From the NCBI GenBank assembly GCA_011364965.1, contig RDOB01000003.1, positions 1-64,000 on the forward strand: 64,000 nucleotides of DNA, in the 5' to 3' direction. A program made the translations under genes and the position numbers. The notes below the pieces were generated by a model that saw only the letters and a program-made list of their open reading frames with translations, had not been told where the DNA came from and did not search any database. The stretch comes from Candidatus Heimdallarchaeota archaeon. GTDB taxonomy: Archaea; Asgardarchaeota; Heimdallarchaeia; Hodarchaeales; Hodarchaeaceae. Below are positions 48,406 through 57,942 of this stretch, one piece after another (within the stretch, counting starts at the first letter, position 1; each line of letters starts with the position of its first letter).

Positions 48406-50532
48406 ATGAAAAAGAAAAACTTGCTTTTTGCTCTGGTTTTCGTAGCGTTCTTCCTTCCATTATATAGCAGTGCTGTACAATCAGTACCTGCTGCTGTTGA
48501 ACCTCTTATTTCAGTGCATGCAATTGCCCCAACAAATAACCCACAACGAGCAATGTATGCCCAGTTAATGGAACAAGAGCTACCAAAAATCGGAATTGAA
48601 GTAGAATTGGATCTTATCAGCTGGCCTGCACTTCTCACCCGCGCTGCAACTAGTGAGGTTGGTGTTTATTCAGAAGGTGGATATGATATTGCACACTTTG
48701 GAATGTCATTAGGATCACCAGCAGGACATCCAGGTGATTCTATGCTTGGAGTATACCATAGTGGCGCAGTTCCGCCAAATGGATTTAACTGTATGTATTG
48801 GTCAGTAAATCCAGGACACAACAACCTTCGTGCTGCTGAATCAGATGCTTTGATTGAAGCTATCAACAGTGAGTTGAATCAGACCTTATCTCGAGAAATG
48901 CTGTTAGAATGGCAGGAGGTCTACTACGACGTTCTTCCAAACATTATGGTTTATAATCTATTAGAAGTTCATGCTGTTTCAAAAGGTATTAGTGGTTATG
49001 ATCCTGTCAATCCCGCGTTATATTCAATTGAAGACATTCGAATGGATCCTGCTACTTATACTGGTACTATGGGAACAGTAGTGTTAGCTTCCTCTGCTCC
49101 TCCAACTAATTTCCTTCAAATGATCATAAATGATGTATATTCACAATATTGCGCTAATCCAGCAATGGATGCCCTAGTAGGTTTAACTCCTTCTAGAACC
49201 GTTGTTCTACCAACAGGCACAACTTATGAAGATTGGATGATGGCTAATTATGGCGTAGATCTTCCACTCCAAAACTATCCTCGTATTGCCCAAGACCTTG
49301 GATTTTACAGTGAGGATGGTCTTAACTTCACTGTTTCCCTAAGAGATGACGCTTATTGGCACGATGGTGAACAAGTAGACGCTTGGGATGTAGCGTTTAC
49401 CTATCAAGCAGTTCTTACACCTGATGTAGGTTCAGATGAATATAGCAACTTAAGACTTGCCCTTGGAGATGATGATAAAGAAAATCTTCACGGTAATTAT
49501 TCTTTCCAGGTTAAAGATCTTGATGATAATGGCCACTTTGAAACCATTAGCATCATCTTTGATATTACATATGCACCATTCCTTACTGACTACTTCGGTT
49601 ATGCACTTCATCCAGAACATATTCTTGGAGATCCTGTAGATCATGGATTCCTAGTTGATGGCACTTTTGATCCTAATACAAAATGGCAAGTTGCCCCAGC
49701 TGAATGGAGTTCCCACTCATATAATACAGCTGATCCAAGTGATCCTGGTGGTCTAGAAGGACCTATTGGTTGCGGTTCATTAGTTTTCTACGACTTTGAT
49801 CAAACCAGCAGAGTCTTAGAACTTCGCAAATTCGAGAACATTAAATGGGATCACGGTACTGGCACTTGGTTAGAAGGAGAGACAGCTTCTGGAGGTTTGT
49901 CTCACTACCTAGTTGCGGATGGTGAATTAGATGACATGGCAGATGTTGCTAAAGTTATCCCAGCTAGCTTAGATGCAGCCCTAGCTGAAATGAAGGCCGG
50001 AGATGTAAATATACTTGACCATCAATTCAGTATGGGAAATATCTTTGACGAGCTCCAAGCAGAACCAACTATTGTCACTGCTCAAACCCCAGCAACTGGT
50101 TGGCAATGCATTTATCCAAACCCAAAGCAACCTGATCTTGCTAAGAAAGGTGTCCGTCACGCAATTTCTCATGTAGTACCACGTGATGATATTGTAAACT
50201 ATCTTTTTGATGGACTCGCATTCCATGGCTACACACCGGTACCTATCACTGGCTGGGGAGCTATGTCCACAACCGATTGGTTAGCAATGAAGAAAAACAT
50301 TGAAGCATCAAACGGAACAAAACTCCTTACGGGTGAAACTACATTCTATGACTCCTACGATGTTGAACTGGCATTAGACTGGCTCGAGACCGAAGATTAT
50401 GATGTTGGCCCATGGAGAGACGGTGGCGCTGGATTAACAGAACCAGGTGGTGCTATCCCCGGTTATGAATTCAGTGTTGCGCTTCTCGCAATATTGGGAT
50501 CAATTTTCATTATTAAGAAACGAAGAAGATAA
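48406..50532 (+). CDS. Peptide/nickel ABC substrate-binding protein (family 5), circularly permuted, C-terminally anchored
   Basis: SEDGLNFTVSLR...WHDG...DVAFTY, PIGCG and VRHAIS..PRDDIV motifs. The canonical C-lobe motifs are at the N-terminus. Ends IPGYEF + TM + KKRRR. Confidence 0.88.
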   Translation: MKKKNLLFALVFVAFFLPLYSSAVQSVPAAVEPLISVHAIAPTNNPQRAMYAQLMEQELPKIGIEVELDLISWPALLTRAATSEVGVYSEGGYDIAHFGMSLGSPAGHPGDSMLGVYHSGAVPPNGFNCMYWSVNPGHNNLRAAESDALIEAINSELNQTLSREMLLEWQEVYYDVLPNIMVYNLLEVHAVSKGISGYDPVNPALYSIEDIRMDPATYTGTMGTVVLASSAPPTNFLQMIINDVYSQYCANPAMDALVGLTPSRTVVLPTGTTYEDWMMANYGVDLPLQNYPRIAQDLGFYSEDGLNFTVSLRDDAYWHDGEQVDAWDVAFTYQAVLTPDVGSDEYSNLRLALGDDDKENLHGNYSFQVKDLDDNGHFETISIIFDITYAPFLTDYFGYALHPEHILGDPVDHGFLVDGTFDPNTKWQVAPAEWSSHSYNTADPSDPGGLEGPIGCGSLVFYDFDQTSRVLELRKFENIKWDHGTGTWLEGETASGGLSHYLVADGELDDMADVAKVIPASLDAALAEMKAGDVNILDHQFSMGNIFDELQAEPTIVTAQTPATGWQCIYPNPKQPDLAKKGVRHAISHVVPRDDIVNYLFDGLAFHGYTPVPITGWGAMSTTDWLAMKKNIEASNGTKLLTGETTFYDSYDVELALDWLETEDYDVGPWRDGGAGLTEPGGAIPGYEFSVALLAILGSIFIIKKRRR

Positions 50533-50580
50533 AACGGATTAACCCCGTTTCTTTCTTCCTCCCTTTTTTTTATTTTGTTT
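50532..50580 (+). terminator. Hairpin plus pyrimidine/T tract after the binding-protein gene
   Basis: aaacgg-attaacc-ccgttt followed by CT-rich and T8 tracts. Confidence 0.6.
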
Positions 50581-50916
50581 TGATTCTAGAGAAGTATTTT
50601 ATCTCTTCTTTTGAAATATCTTCTTTTTTCATATTGAAGTATTGAAATATCCCTATTGAGGAACTCTAGAATTAGAATATGGTCGAAGATTTTAATGGAT
50701 ATTCATATGAATTCGAAAATCAATATGTTGAGATCAGGACAAATTTAAAGAATGAAAAAGCAGATCAATTTTTCTATATTATTGTACTAAAAGAAAGGTT
50801 CAAAAGGGGTAAGAAATCTATGAACAAAACGTGAAAAGGATATTATGGAAAACCATCTCTTCTATAATTGCCTTTTTCATTAAGATTCTATATATAGAAT
50901 TGGAGGATAATTAAAA

Positions 50917-51795
50917 ATGAATAAAAAGATTCTATTTGGAGTCGGCATTCTGACTCTTATCATTCTTTTACAAAGTATGCCTGCCTCCAGTGCTGTCACA
51001 GTCGAGTCTGTTAAATGGCACCCAGCAGTCAAAGAAGATGCCGTTTATTCTTGGTCGATTGACACAATCAACGCTTCTGGTGAAACCTCATGGGATTGGG
51101 GTTGGGCCAATAATGTCACTCTGAAACAGGGTGAAAAAATTACTCTAGAGTGGACCGCGGACCCCGATGAGGAAACTGCAATAGCAACCCTTGGACCAAT
51201 TATCTACACAGGCATTGTAACAAAAGTTGGATCTCATACTATGAACTTCACCGCTGGTGAGACTACTTTCAATTTCCTTCAGGTACCTGTTTATATTCGA
51301 AATGATCCGACTGGTTTAAATGCTCTTGAAGCAGGTTTAAACTCTCTTGAACGATTATGGATTAATAGCTTTGGTTTACCAACTGGAGCATCATCCGCTG
51401 ATCGTCGCTGGAGCATTGGGATGCATGGCGCAACTCTTCTAAACACAGGGGAAAATGGAACTAAAGGGGAAACCATTATAGGCGAAATTAGCGGTGGTAC
51501 ACCCGCACAACATTATGTGTTCGACATCGAATATGATTCAGTCACTGGATTTGTAACATCATTAAAATACCCCTCAGCAGGTAATCCTGATGATCCAACA
51601 ATTCCAATTGCTAATAGCACATTTGGTATTGTCTCGGGTCTTGATGAACTTGTCATCACATTTGATGGTGAAATGAAAGATGTTTATGCGGAAGCAGAGT
51701 GGGGTAAGGCCAAAGCTGCTCCAGGTTTTGAAGCTCCTATAGCAATTATTACACTAGTTATGTTTGGAGCACTTATTCGAAAACGCAAGAAATAA
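50917..51795 (+). CDS. Secreted surface protein of unknown function with PGF-CTERM-like anchor
   Basis: GGAGG RBS, signal peptide, and C-terminus APGFEAPIAIITLVMFGALIRKRKK. Confidence 0.8.
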   Translation: MNKKILFGVGILTLIILLQSMPASSAVTVESVKWHPAVKEDAVYSWSIDTINASGETSWDWGWANNVTLKQGEKITLEWTADPDEETAIATLGPIIYTGIVTKVGSHTMNFTAGETTFNFLQVPVYIRNDPTGLNALEAGLNSLERLWINSFGLPTGASSADRRWSIGMHGATLLNTGENGTKGETIIGEISGGTPAQHYVFDIEYDSVTGFVTSLKYPSAGNPDDPTIPIANSTFGIVSGLDELVITFDGEMKDVYAEAEWGKAKAAPGFEAPIAIITLVMFGALIRKRKK

Positions 51796-51816
51796 GCATC
51801 TATCTGATTGAATGAA

Positions 51817-51862
51817 AATAAAATCCTTAGAAATTAAGGATTTTATTCCTCTATTTTTTTTT
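51817..51862 (+). terminator. 13-bp perfect hairpin plus T tract
   Basis: aataaaatcctta-gaaat-taaggattttatt, then T9 a few nt downstream. Confidence 0.7.
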
Positions 51863-51882
51863 GGTTTAAGGTATAATATAAA

Positions 51883-52497
51883 ATGTGTTCATTTATGGCT
51901 TCTAATGATAAATCATCATTATTGAAAGTAATTCTTTCTGATCTAGAATGTTTTAGGACACAGGAAAACAATTATGTATGGCACGGTTCAGAGGAACCTT
52001 TTTTTTTGGAGGATGAAAATGTAATTTTCTATACTACTGAAATTTTTGCAATGTATGAAGATAAAAAAATCATTAGCGCTAAATTGATTTGGACCACTGC
52101 TCGTGCGCTATTGTATGGAACTGAAGTGCGGGGGACTATTGTAGCTGATATGGTCTCAAGAGAGTATGAAACAATACGAGGATTGACGAAATCGGATAAA
52201 CTGGAAGCCCCTAGTATTCTAGGATGGTCAATCCCTCATACCATTATTACTAAATTAGAGATTATTAAATTAGGGGAGCGATATTCAATTTACTTCTTTG
52301 AAAATGAAAATAGAAAGTTTGTCGTTAATGATTTACTTTCATCGGAAATGGAAGAAATAAGTAACTTTATGAAAAATAAACCTGTAGAAATAGTTTATGG
52401 TCAATTTAATTTGCCTTGGAGAGATATTTTCCTTTTCTTTTGCGGAGGGATTTTTATTTTTATTATTGGATTAATTCTGATAGCTCTTATATTTTAA
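51883..52497 (+). CDS. Tail-anchored protein with possible PH/GRAM-like domain
   Basis: LEDENV...AKLIWTTARALL...SIPHTIITKLEI pattern, one C-terminal TM and no signal peptide. Confidence 0.5.
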   Translation: MCSFMASNDKSSLLKVILSDLECFRTQENNYVWHGSEEPFFLEDENVIFYTTEIFAMYEDKKIISAKLIWTTARALLYGTEVRGTIVADMVSREYETIRGLTKSDKLEAPSILGWSIPHTIITKLEIIKLGERYSIYFFENENRKFVVNDLLSSEMEEISNFMKNKPVEIVYGQFNLPWRDIFLFFCGGIFIFIIGLILIALIF

Positions 52498-52500
52498 GAT

Positions 52501-52851
52501 TTAAAACAATACTGTTAGGAATGAGAACAGAATTAGAAAAGCTCCAGCTACAATATCTTCTCCTGCCTTTCCAAAACCATAAAAATAATCTCTTTGAGGA
52601 GAACTCAAGTATTCGTTTATATCCTGTCCCCGAACCTTTCGAATAACAATCGATTCTAGAAAATCTCTGAGCCCTCCCACCACGAGAAACAACCCCCCAA
52701 TTAAGAATAATACTAATCCTAGTTCGCTAAACGAGAATTCTTTTTGATTCAACAGGATATTAATTACCAAAATAAAAAAAGACGCGAGTATCCCAAATCC
52801 TACTTTTTTAGCAATCTCAAATCGAGGATCACGTTTGAAAATAACTTCCAA
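52501..52851 (-). CDS. Small 3-TM hypothetical membrane protein
   Basis: Three hydrophobic segments. TTG start after GGTG. Confidence 0.65.
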   Translation of the reverse strand: MEVIFKRDPRFEIAKKVGFGILASFFILVINILLNQKEFSFSELGLVLFLIGGLFLVVGGLRDFLESIVIRKVRGQDINEYLSSPQRDYFYGFGKAGEDIVAGAFLILFSFLTVLF

Positions 52852-52898
52852 AATAGAACACCAAGTGACCTTTGTAATTGTAAAAAAATACGTCGGGA

Positions 52899-53240
52899 TT
52901 ATTTCGGGTGTTTTAATCCAGCCATAGATGATTTCAGCTTTTCTGTGGAATATCTTTCAAATTTGGTTTCATCTTGAATGGGTCTTGATATAAGATTTAA
53001 TTTGTATTCAGCGACTCTCATATTCTTTAAATTGATATGCTTTTGGATAATGCCTTCCTCTAAAAGAGTTCTCAGAGAGTATCGAATAGTTCGAGTGGAG
53101 TATCCTGTGAGATCCTTTAACTCATTAGTTGTGATAGTTTGGCCTTGTTTAAAAGCTTTAAGGATTGCAATAGTTGCAGGAGGCATAGATTTGAGTTTGG
53201 ATTGTTTTACTTCAATTGGAAATTCAGATGCAAACTTCAT
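52899..53240 (-). CDS. Winged-HTH transcriptional regulator
   Basis: MPPATIAIL...ITTNELKDLTGYSTRTIRYSLRTLLEEGII...N..NMR...Y. Confidence 0.85.
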   Translation of the reverse strand: MKFASEFPIEVKQSKLKSMPPATIAILKAFKQGQTITTNELKDLTGYSTRTIRYSLRTLLEEGIIQKHINLKNMRVAEYKLNLISRPIQDETKFERYSTEKLKSSMAGLKHPK

Positions 53241-53393
53241 TTTCTATTGATCTTCCTAATTCTTTTTGACTTATCTGTATATTAAAAGTCTTTCCAAGAA
53301 TGTAAGAAACTAATAATGTGATTGCACGTATATGCCACAAACTAGATTTTCTTCTTGAATACTCTGGGATAGAGGAAATTTCTTTGTGCAAAA

Positions 53394-53858
53394 CTAGGTT
53401 AATTCATATCTTTGCTCTAAAAAGGGATTTTCATCTGTTCCTGCATAATGATATAGAATGATCAAAGACAATAAATACAGTGAAGAAACTACTCCTAAAC
53501 CAAAAAAGGATCCTATAATTAGAAAGGTTCCAATAATAGTAGTTATCCAAATGAAAATGATCACAATATTCTTCCTCATTTGAATTCGAATCCATGCTTT
53601 TTCTGGTTCTGTTAAAGTATCAGGGAAGAATTTTGCCAACATTAATGAAGCAGTATTATAAAGGAGAAATATTGAACCAATTAGAACTTCCACAATAATT
53701 GTGGCTATAATAAGAGTCATATATATCCCCTCTCTAAAATTAAAAAAGAATCCACTTATAAATAAAAAAATCACTCCGATTAAACCGTAGAAACTCAGAG
53801 GATATTGAGACTTAAATTGTGTTATTGACAGTTTTTTTCCAGAGATCAAAGATATCAC
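53394..53858 (-). CDS. 4-TM hypothetical membrane protein
   Basis: Four hydrophobic segments. Confidence 0.6.
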   Translation of the reverse strand: MISLISGKKLSITQFKSQYPLSFYGLIGVIFLFISGFFFNFREGIYMTLIIATIIVEVLIGSIFLLYNTASLMLAKFFPDTLTEPEKAWIRIQMRKNIVIIFIWITTIIGTFLIIGSFFGLGVVSSLYLLSLIILYHYAGTDENPFLEQRYELT

Positions 53859-53890
53859 CTACATGAGGATTCATGAGGAACTAATAAAAT

Positions 53891-54424
53891 TTATGCAATG
53901 ATGGAATATAATAATCCCCCAATAATTGAGGCCATTCCCAATAATACACTAATATATCCCAGCATAGGAATAATTTGATATCCAAGAAAGTTTAAGGTCT
54001 GTAGGGTAATAAAATCGGAATAACGATCACCTAATCCAGGTAGAAATATTGGATTTCCAATCACGGAAAGAATGAAGAAAACTAAAAACACATTCCCATA
54101 TTCTAATAATCGTATATCTCTGATTTTGGTATTTTTGGTCTTTAATACCCGAATGATAATAATCCCTGAGAAAATAATTGAAAGCAATAAAAACGCTAAA
54201 GCTTCTATTCTCATTTGCAAAGGTCCAGCATCAATAACTATTGAACCATAGGGACGGTAAAGCCTATACCAAGGCAAAAAAATTGCTAAACTGAATATAA
54301 GTATCTGAAAACCGTTCCTAAGAAGACTGATTCTCCAGTTGAGTTTATCATAATCTGTACCGGTGATTGAGGGTATGTTCGTCCTTTCTGAAAGCCAATC
54401 CCAAAAAGAATTTTTATTTTCCAT
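53891..54424 (-). CDS. 4-TM hypothetical membrane protein (tetraspan topology)
   Basis: TM1 ends FLPWY and TM4 reads LGYISVLLGMASIIGGLL. Confidence 0.65.
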   Translation of the reverse strand: MENKNSFWDWLSERTNIPSITGTDYDKLNWRISLLRNGFQILIFSLAIFLPWYRLYRPYGSIVIDAGPLQMRIEALAFLLLSIIFSGIIIIRVLKTKNTKIRDIRLLEYGNVFLVFFILSVIGNPIFLPGLGDRYSDFITLQTLNFLGYQIIPMLGYISVLLGMASIIGGLLYSIIA

Positions 54425-54583
54425 TAATATTCCACTGAATTAAAGGATTTGAGGATTTATTATGAATATTCATATTCGATAAACTGAATTATCTCACTAA
54501 TTCCTGAACCAAATGTCTCATTTATATGTTTATATAAGGGCAAAAAAAATATCCACACCAGAAAGAACAATTTCTCAAGTCTG

Positions 54584-55321
54584 TTATAACGTAACATTCA
54601 AAATTGTGAAGTAAAGATTAAATGAAAGATGTAGAAAAATTGCAGGAATTATTGATCGTGATCTCAAGGTAATGAAGGTATTAAATAAACCTAATAGAAA
54701 AACTAGAACATATAATACAAAATTTCCTACAAGAAAATACTTTAAGTGATAAATTGGGCCAAACCATAATGAAACAAACAATAAACTTTGAAGTTGAGCC
54801 TCCTTATAAGAGGATGGATTCCTTTTTAATAAAAAGAATAGAATTTGAACTAGGAAGATTGACCGAAATTCAAGTTCTTCGATTAAACCTAAAAATAGAG
54901 GGAAAAAAAGACGTTCAGGCCAAGCATCAACAGGAAATAGAATTACTGTATTGATTTTATCAATGGAATATAAAAGAATAGCGAATAAAATAACAATGCT
55001 CCCAATAATCATAACTAGGATATAATACGGAGCAATTTTATTTAAAATGAAATATTGTTTGAAATAAGATCGATTACACCAAAAGAAAAGCATGACAGGA
55101 ACTGCCCCGATCAATAATCCAAGCTCTGTACCTGCTTTATCTGCAAGCATATGTTCTTCTTGAGGATATAATAAGAAGAACACTTGACGAGTGATCCAAT
55201 AATATACTTTAAAAGTTCTTAATATGATTAAGATAAGGATAATTTTTATTTTCAGAGGCCAAGAGTCAAAAAGCGGAGGAATTTCCGATTCATATTGAGC
55301 CAGCAAAAAATGTAACTCCAA
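54584..55321 (-). CDS. CPBP (type II CAAX/Abi) intramembrane metalloprotease
   Basis: EELEFR, FGPIYH and SIIPAIFLHLSFN motifs. Confidence 0.88.
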   Translation of the reverse strand: MELHFLLAQYESEIPPLFDSWPLKIKIILILIILRTFKVYYWITRQVFFLLYPQEEHMLADKAGTELGLLIGAVPVMLFFWCNRSYFKQYFILNKIAPYYILVMIIGSIVILFAILLYSIDKINTVILFPVDAWPERLFFPLFLGLIEELEFRSIFLVQILFFLLKRNPSSYKEAQLQSLLFVSLWFGPIYHLKYFLVGNFVLYVLVFLLGLFNTFITLRSRSIIPAIFLHLSFNLYFTILNVTL

Positions 55322-55357
55322 AAGAGATTTTTATTTAAAATTGAAAAAAGAGGAGAA

Positions 55358-56938
55358 TTAAGAAGCTTCTCCTCTACTAGAATAAATTTCCTTCGAGAAC
55401 CAACACGCTACTTGATGTCCTGGAAAAACTTCGTCAAGAGTAGGTTCCTGATTGCATTTGTCCTTTGCATAATTGCAGCGATCTTTAAATCGACAACCAG
55501 GTTGAGGATTAATTGGCGTGGGGACATCTCCTCGTAAAATGATTCTTTCTTTCCTCGTTTTGGGATCAGGGATTGGGACAGCAGACATTAGGGCTTCAGT
55601 ATAGGGATGTAGAGGGCGAAGAAATAGTTCATCAGTGTCAGCTATTTCCATCATCTTTCCTACATACATCACTGCAACACGATCTGAAACATGACGGATG
55701 ACACTTAAATCGTGAGCTACTACGATATATGTTAAACCTAAGGTATTTTGAAGATCATCTAAAAGATTTAATATCTGTGCACGAATCGAGACATCCAAAG
55801 CTGACACAGGCTCATCTGCAACAATTATTTGTGGATTCACGGACAGAGCACGAGCAATCCCAATTCTCTGGCGTTGACCTCCGGAAAATTCATGAGGATA
55901 TCGATAAATATGGAATGGGGCCAAACCAACGAGATCCATAAGCTCAAGTACTTTCTGTTCTTTTTCCTTTTGATTATAAGCTAGACCATACAGATCTAGT
56001 CCTTCACTAATGATGTCATATACGGTCATTCGGGGATTTAATGAGGAATATGGATCTTGAAATATTAATTGAATATATTTTCTAAATGCACGCATTTTTT
56101 TGTCTAATGGTTCGTTTTTGTCAATTCTTTGCCAAACCACTCCTCCAATGATTAGTATAGCTGATCCAAGTAAGGTAATTATTAGCGTTGGTATATCAGG
56201 AAAGTACGGACGTCCACCAATGATTATAACCAAGAACATTAAAACCCATTCGCTTAGAACCCCGAAGACGGCAATAATAACCCCAGTTTTAGTGGTTGGA
56301 AAATCTGGTGGTCTTTTGTTCAATAAATGATATAACGGGGAAGCTAAAAACATACCTGTTCCTATGAAAGTTGTTATAGTGAAAGTAAATATCCAGATAA
56401 ATAGTAATGCTACGATGAAGGAAAGATTAGGCCAATTTCGCGTTAAACTAGCAAAGCTAATTAGCTCTAATTCCGAAGTAGCATCATTGAATATGTAAGC
56501 ACCAGAGATAATAACGGAGCCCTCATCAACGAGGGAGTTTAAGAAGGTTCCATTAATACCTGGAATGAATCTTGCAGGAATGAGAAAAGTAAGAAATAAA
56601 AAAGCGAGTCCAGTTAAAATCATAAGAATACTATAAACAAAATTTGTCCGAACAAATTCCTTACCCATTCGGGTGACATCACGATCGTTGATAATGACAC
56701 TTCCGGACGTAGGTTCTAGTAGATGAAGAAGCATTCGTCCGGTCGTAGTTTTCCCACAACCACTTTCACCCACGAGTCCAAATGTTTCTCCTTTGAATAC
56801 ATCAAATGTAATATCATCAACGGCATGAACATTTCCAACAACTGATTGTCTAATTATTCCCTCTCTAATTGGGAAAAGTTTCACAAGGTTCTTAACACTA
56901 ATGATAGGGGTTTTTGTTAAATTTGCCATTTTTTTCAC
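55358..56938 (-). CDS. OppF/DppF-type ABC ATPase with a 4-TM insertion
   Basis: [49 protein letters not shown] and a C-terminal Cys cluster. A hydrophobic insert occupies ~aa 92-278. Confidence 0.92.
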   Translation of the reverse strand: MKKMANLTKTPIISVKNLVKLFPIREGIIRQSVVGNVHAVDDITFDVFKGETFGLVGESGCGKTTTGRMLLHLLEPTSGSVIINDRDVTRMGKEFVRTNFVYSILMILTGLAFLFLTFLIPARFIPGINGTFLNSLVDEGSVIISGAYIFNDATSELELISFASLTRNWPNLSFIVALLFIWIFTFTITTFIGTGMFLASPLYHLLNKRPPDFPTTKTGVIIAVFGVLSEWVLMFLVIIIGGRPYFPDIPTLIITLLGSAILIIGGVVWQRIDKNEPLDKKMRAFRKYIQLIFQDPYSSLNPRMTVYDIISEGLDLYGLAYNQKEKEQKVLELMDLVGLAPFHIYRYPHEFSGGQRQRIGIARALSVNPQIIVADEPVSALDVSIRAQILNLLDDLQNTLGLTYIVVAHDLSVIRHVSDRVAVMYVGKMMEIADTDELFLRPLHPYTEALMSAVPIPDPKTRKERIILRGDVPTPINPQPGCRFKDRCNYAKDKCNQEPTLDEVFPGHQVACWFSKEIYSSRGEAS

Positions 56939-56942
56939 CTTT

Positions 56943-57929
56943 TTACAATGTTGCTGCGTAGTGACAAAATGAAAAATGTGAAGGTTCGATTTCTACATAA
57001 GGAGGTACTTGAGTAGAGCACTTCTCTGTCGCATAAGGACATCGTGGATGAAAACGACATCCACTTGGTGGAGTTATAAGGTTGGGTACAGTACCTCTGA
57101 TGACTCCAAGTCGCGAAATTTTCTTATCCATACGTGGAATAGAACTAAGCAACGCTCTGGTGTAAGGATGGTCAGGTTTGTCATAGATAGTATTAACATC
57201 TGTATATTCAACTATATTACCTGCATACATCACTGCTACATTATCAGCAATCTCTGCTATGACGCCAAGGTTATGTGTAATATAAAGAACAGCCATATTT
57301 AAATCTTCTTGAAGATCTTTAATTAAATCCAATACTTGTGCTTGAATAGTGACATCAAGAGCTGTTGTAGGTTCATCTGCTATAAGCATCTGTGGATTAC
57401 AAGACAATGCCATTGCAATCATCACCCTTTGTCTCATTCCACCAGAAAATAGATGTGGATAGTCATTAATTCTACGTCTAGCTTCAGGGATACCGACCAT
57501 TTGCATTAATTCTATCCCTTTTTCTAGAGCTTCATCTTCTGAGACATCTTGATGGAGTTTGATATTCTCAAGAATTTGATTTTTTACTGTAAAAACTGGA
57601 TTTAATGAAGTCATTGGATCTTGGAAGATCATTGAAATCTCATTTCCTCTAATTTGCCTCATTCTTTCTTCTGAAAGTTCCAGCAAATCCTCTCCATTAA
57701 ACATCACCTTACCTCCAACAATTTTCCCTGGTGGAGTAGGTACTAGTTTTAAAATCGACAAGGAAGTGATAGTTTTTCCGCATCCACTTTCCCCCACCAA
57801 GCCCAAGACTTCTCCACGATGTAGCTTGAAACTAACATCATCAACTGCCTTTACCACACCATCCTCGGTGAAGAATTGCGTTTTTAAATGTTCTAACTCT
57901 AATAATGGTTCTTCTGCAAATGTCATCAA
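56943..57929 (-). CDS. oppD: OppD/DppD-type ABC ATPase
   Basis: [38 protein letters not shown] and GCRFHPRC motifs. Confidence 0.93.
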   Translation of the reverse strand: MMTFAEEPLLELEHLKTQFFTEDGVVKAVDDVSFKLHRGEVLGLVGESGCGKTITSLSILKLVPTPPGKIVGGKVMFNGEDLLELSEERMRQIRGNEISMIFQDPMTSLNPVFTVKNQILENIKLHQDVSEDEALEKGIELMQMVGIPEARRRINDYPHLFSGGMRQRVMIAMALSCNPQMLIADEPTTALDVTIQAQVLDLIKDLQEDLNMAVLYITHNLGVIAEIADNVAVMYAGNIVEYTDVNTIYDKPDHPYTRALLSSIPRMDKKISRLGVIRGTVPNLITPPSGCRFHPRCPYATEKCSTQVPPYVEIEPSHFSFCHYAATL

Positions 57930-57942
57930 TGTTTATCTCCTA

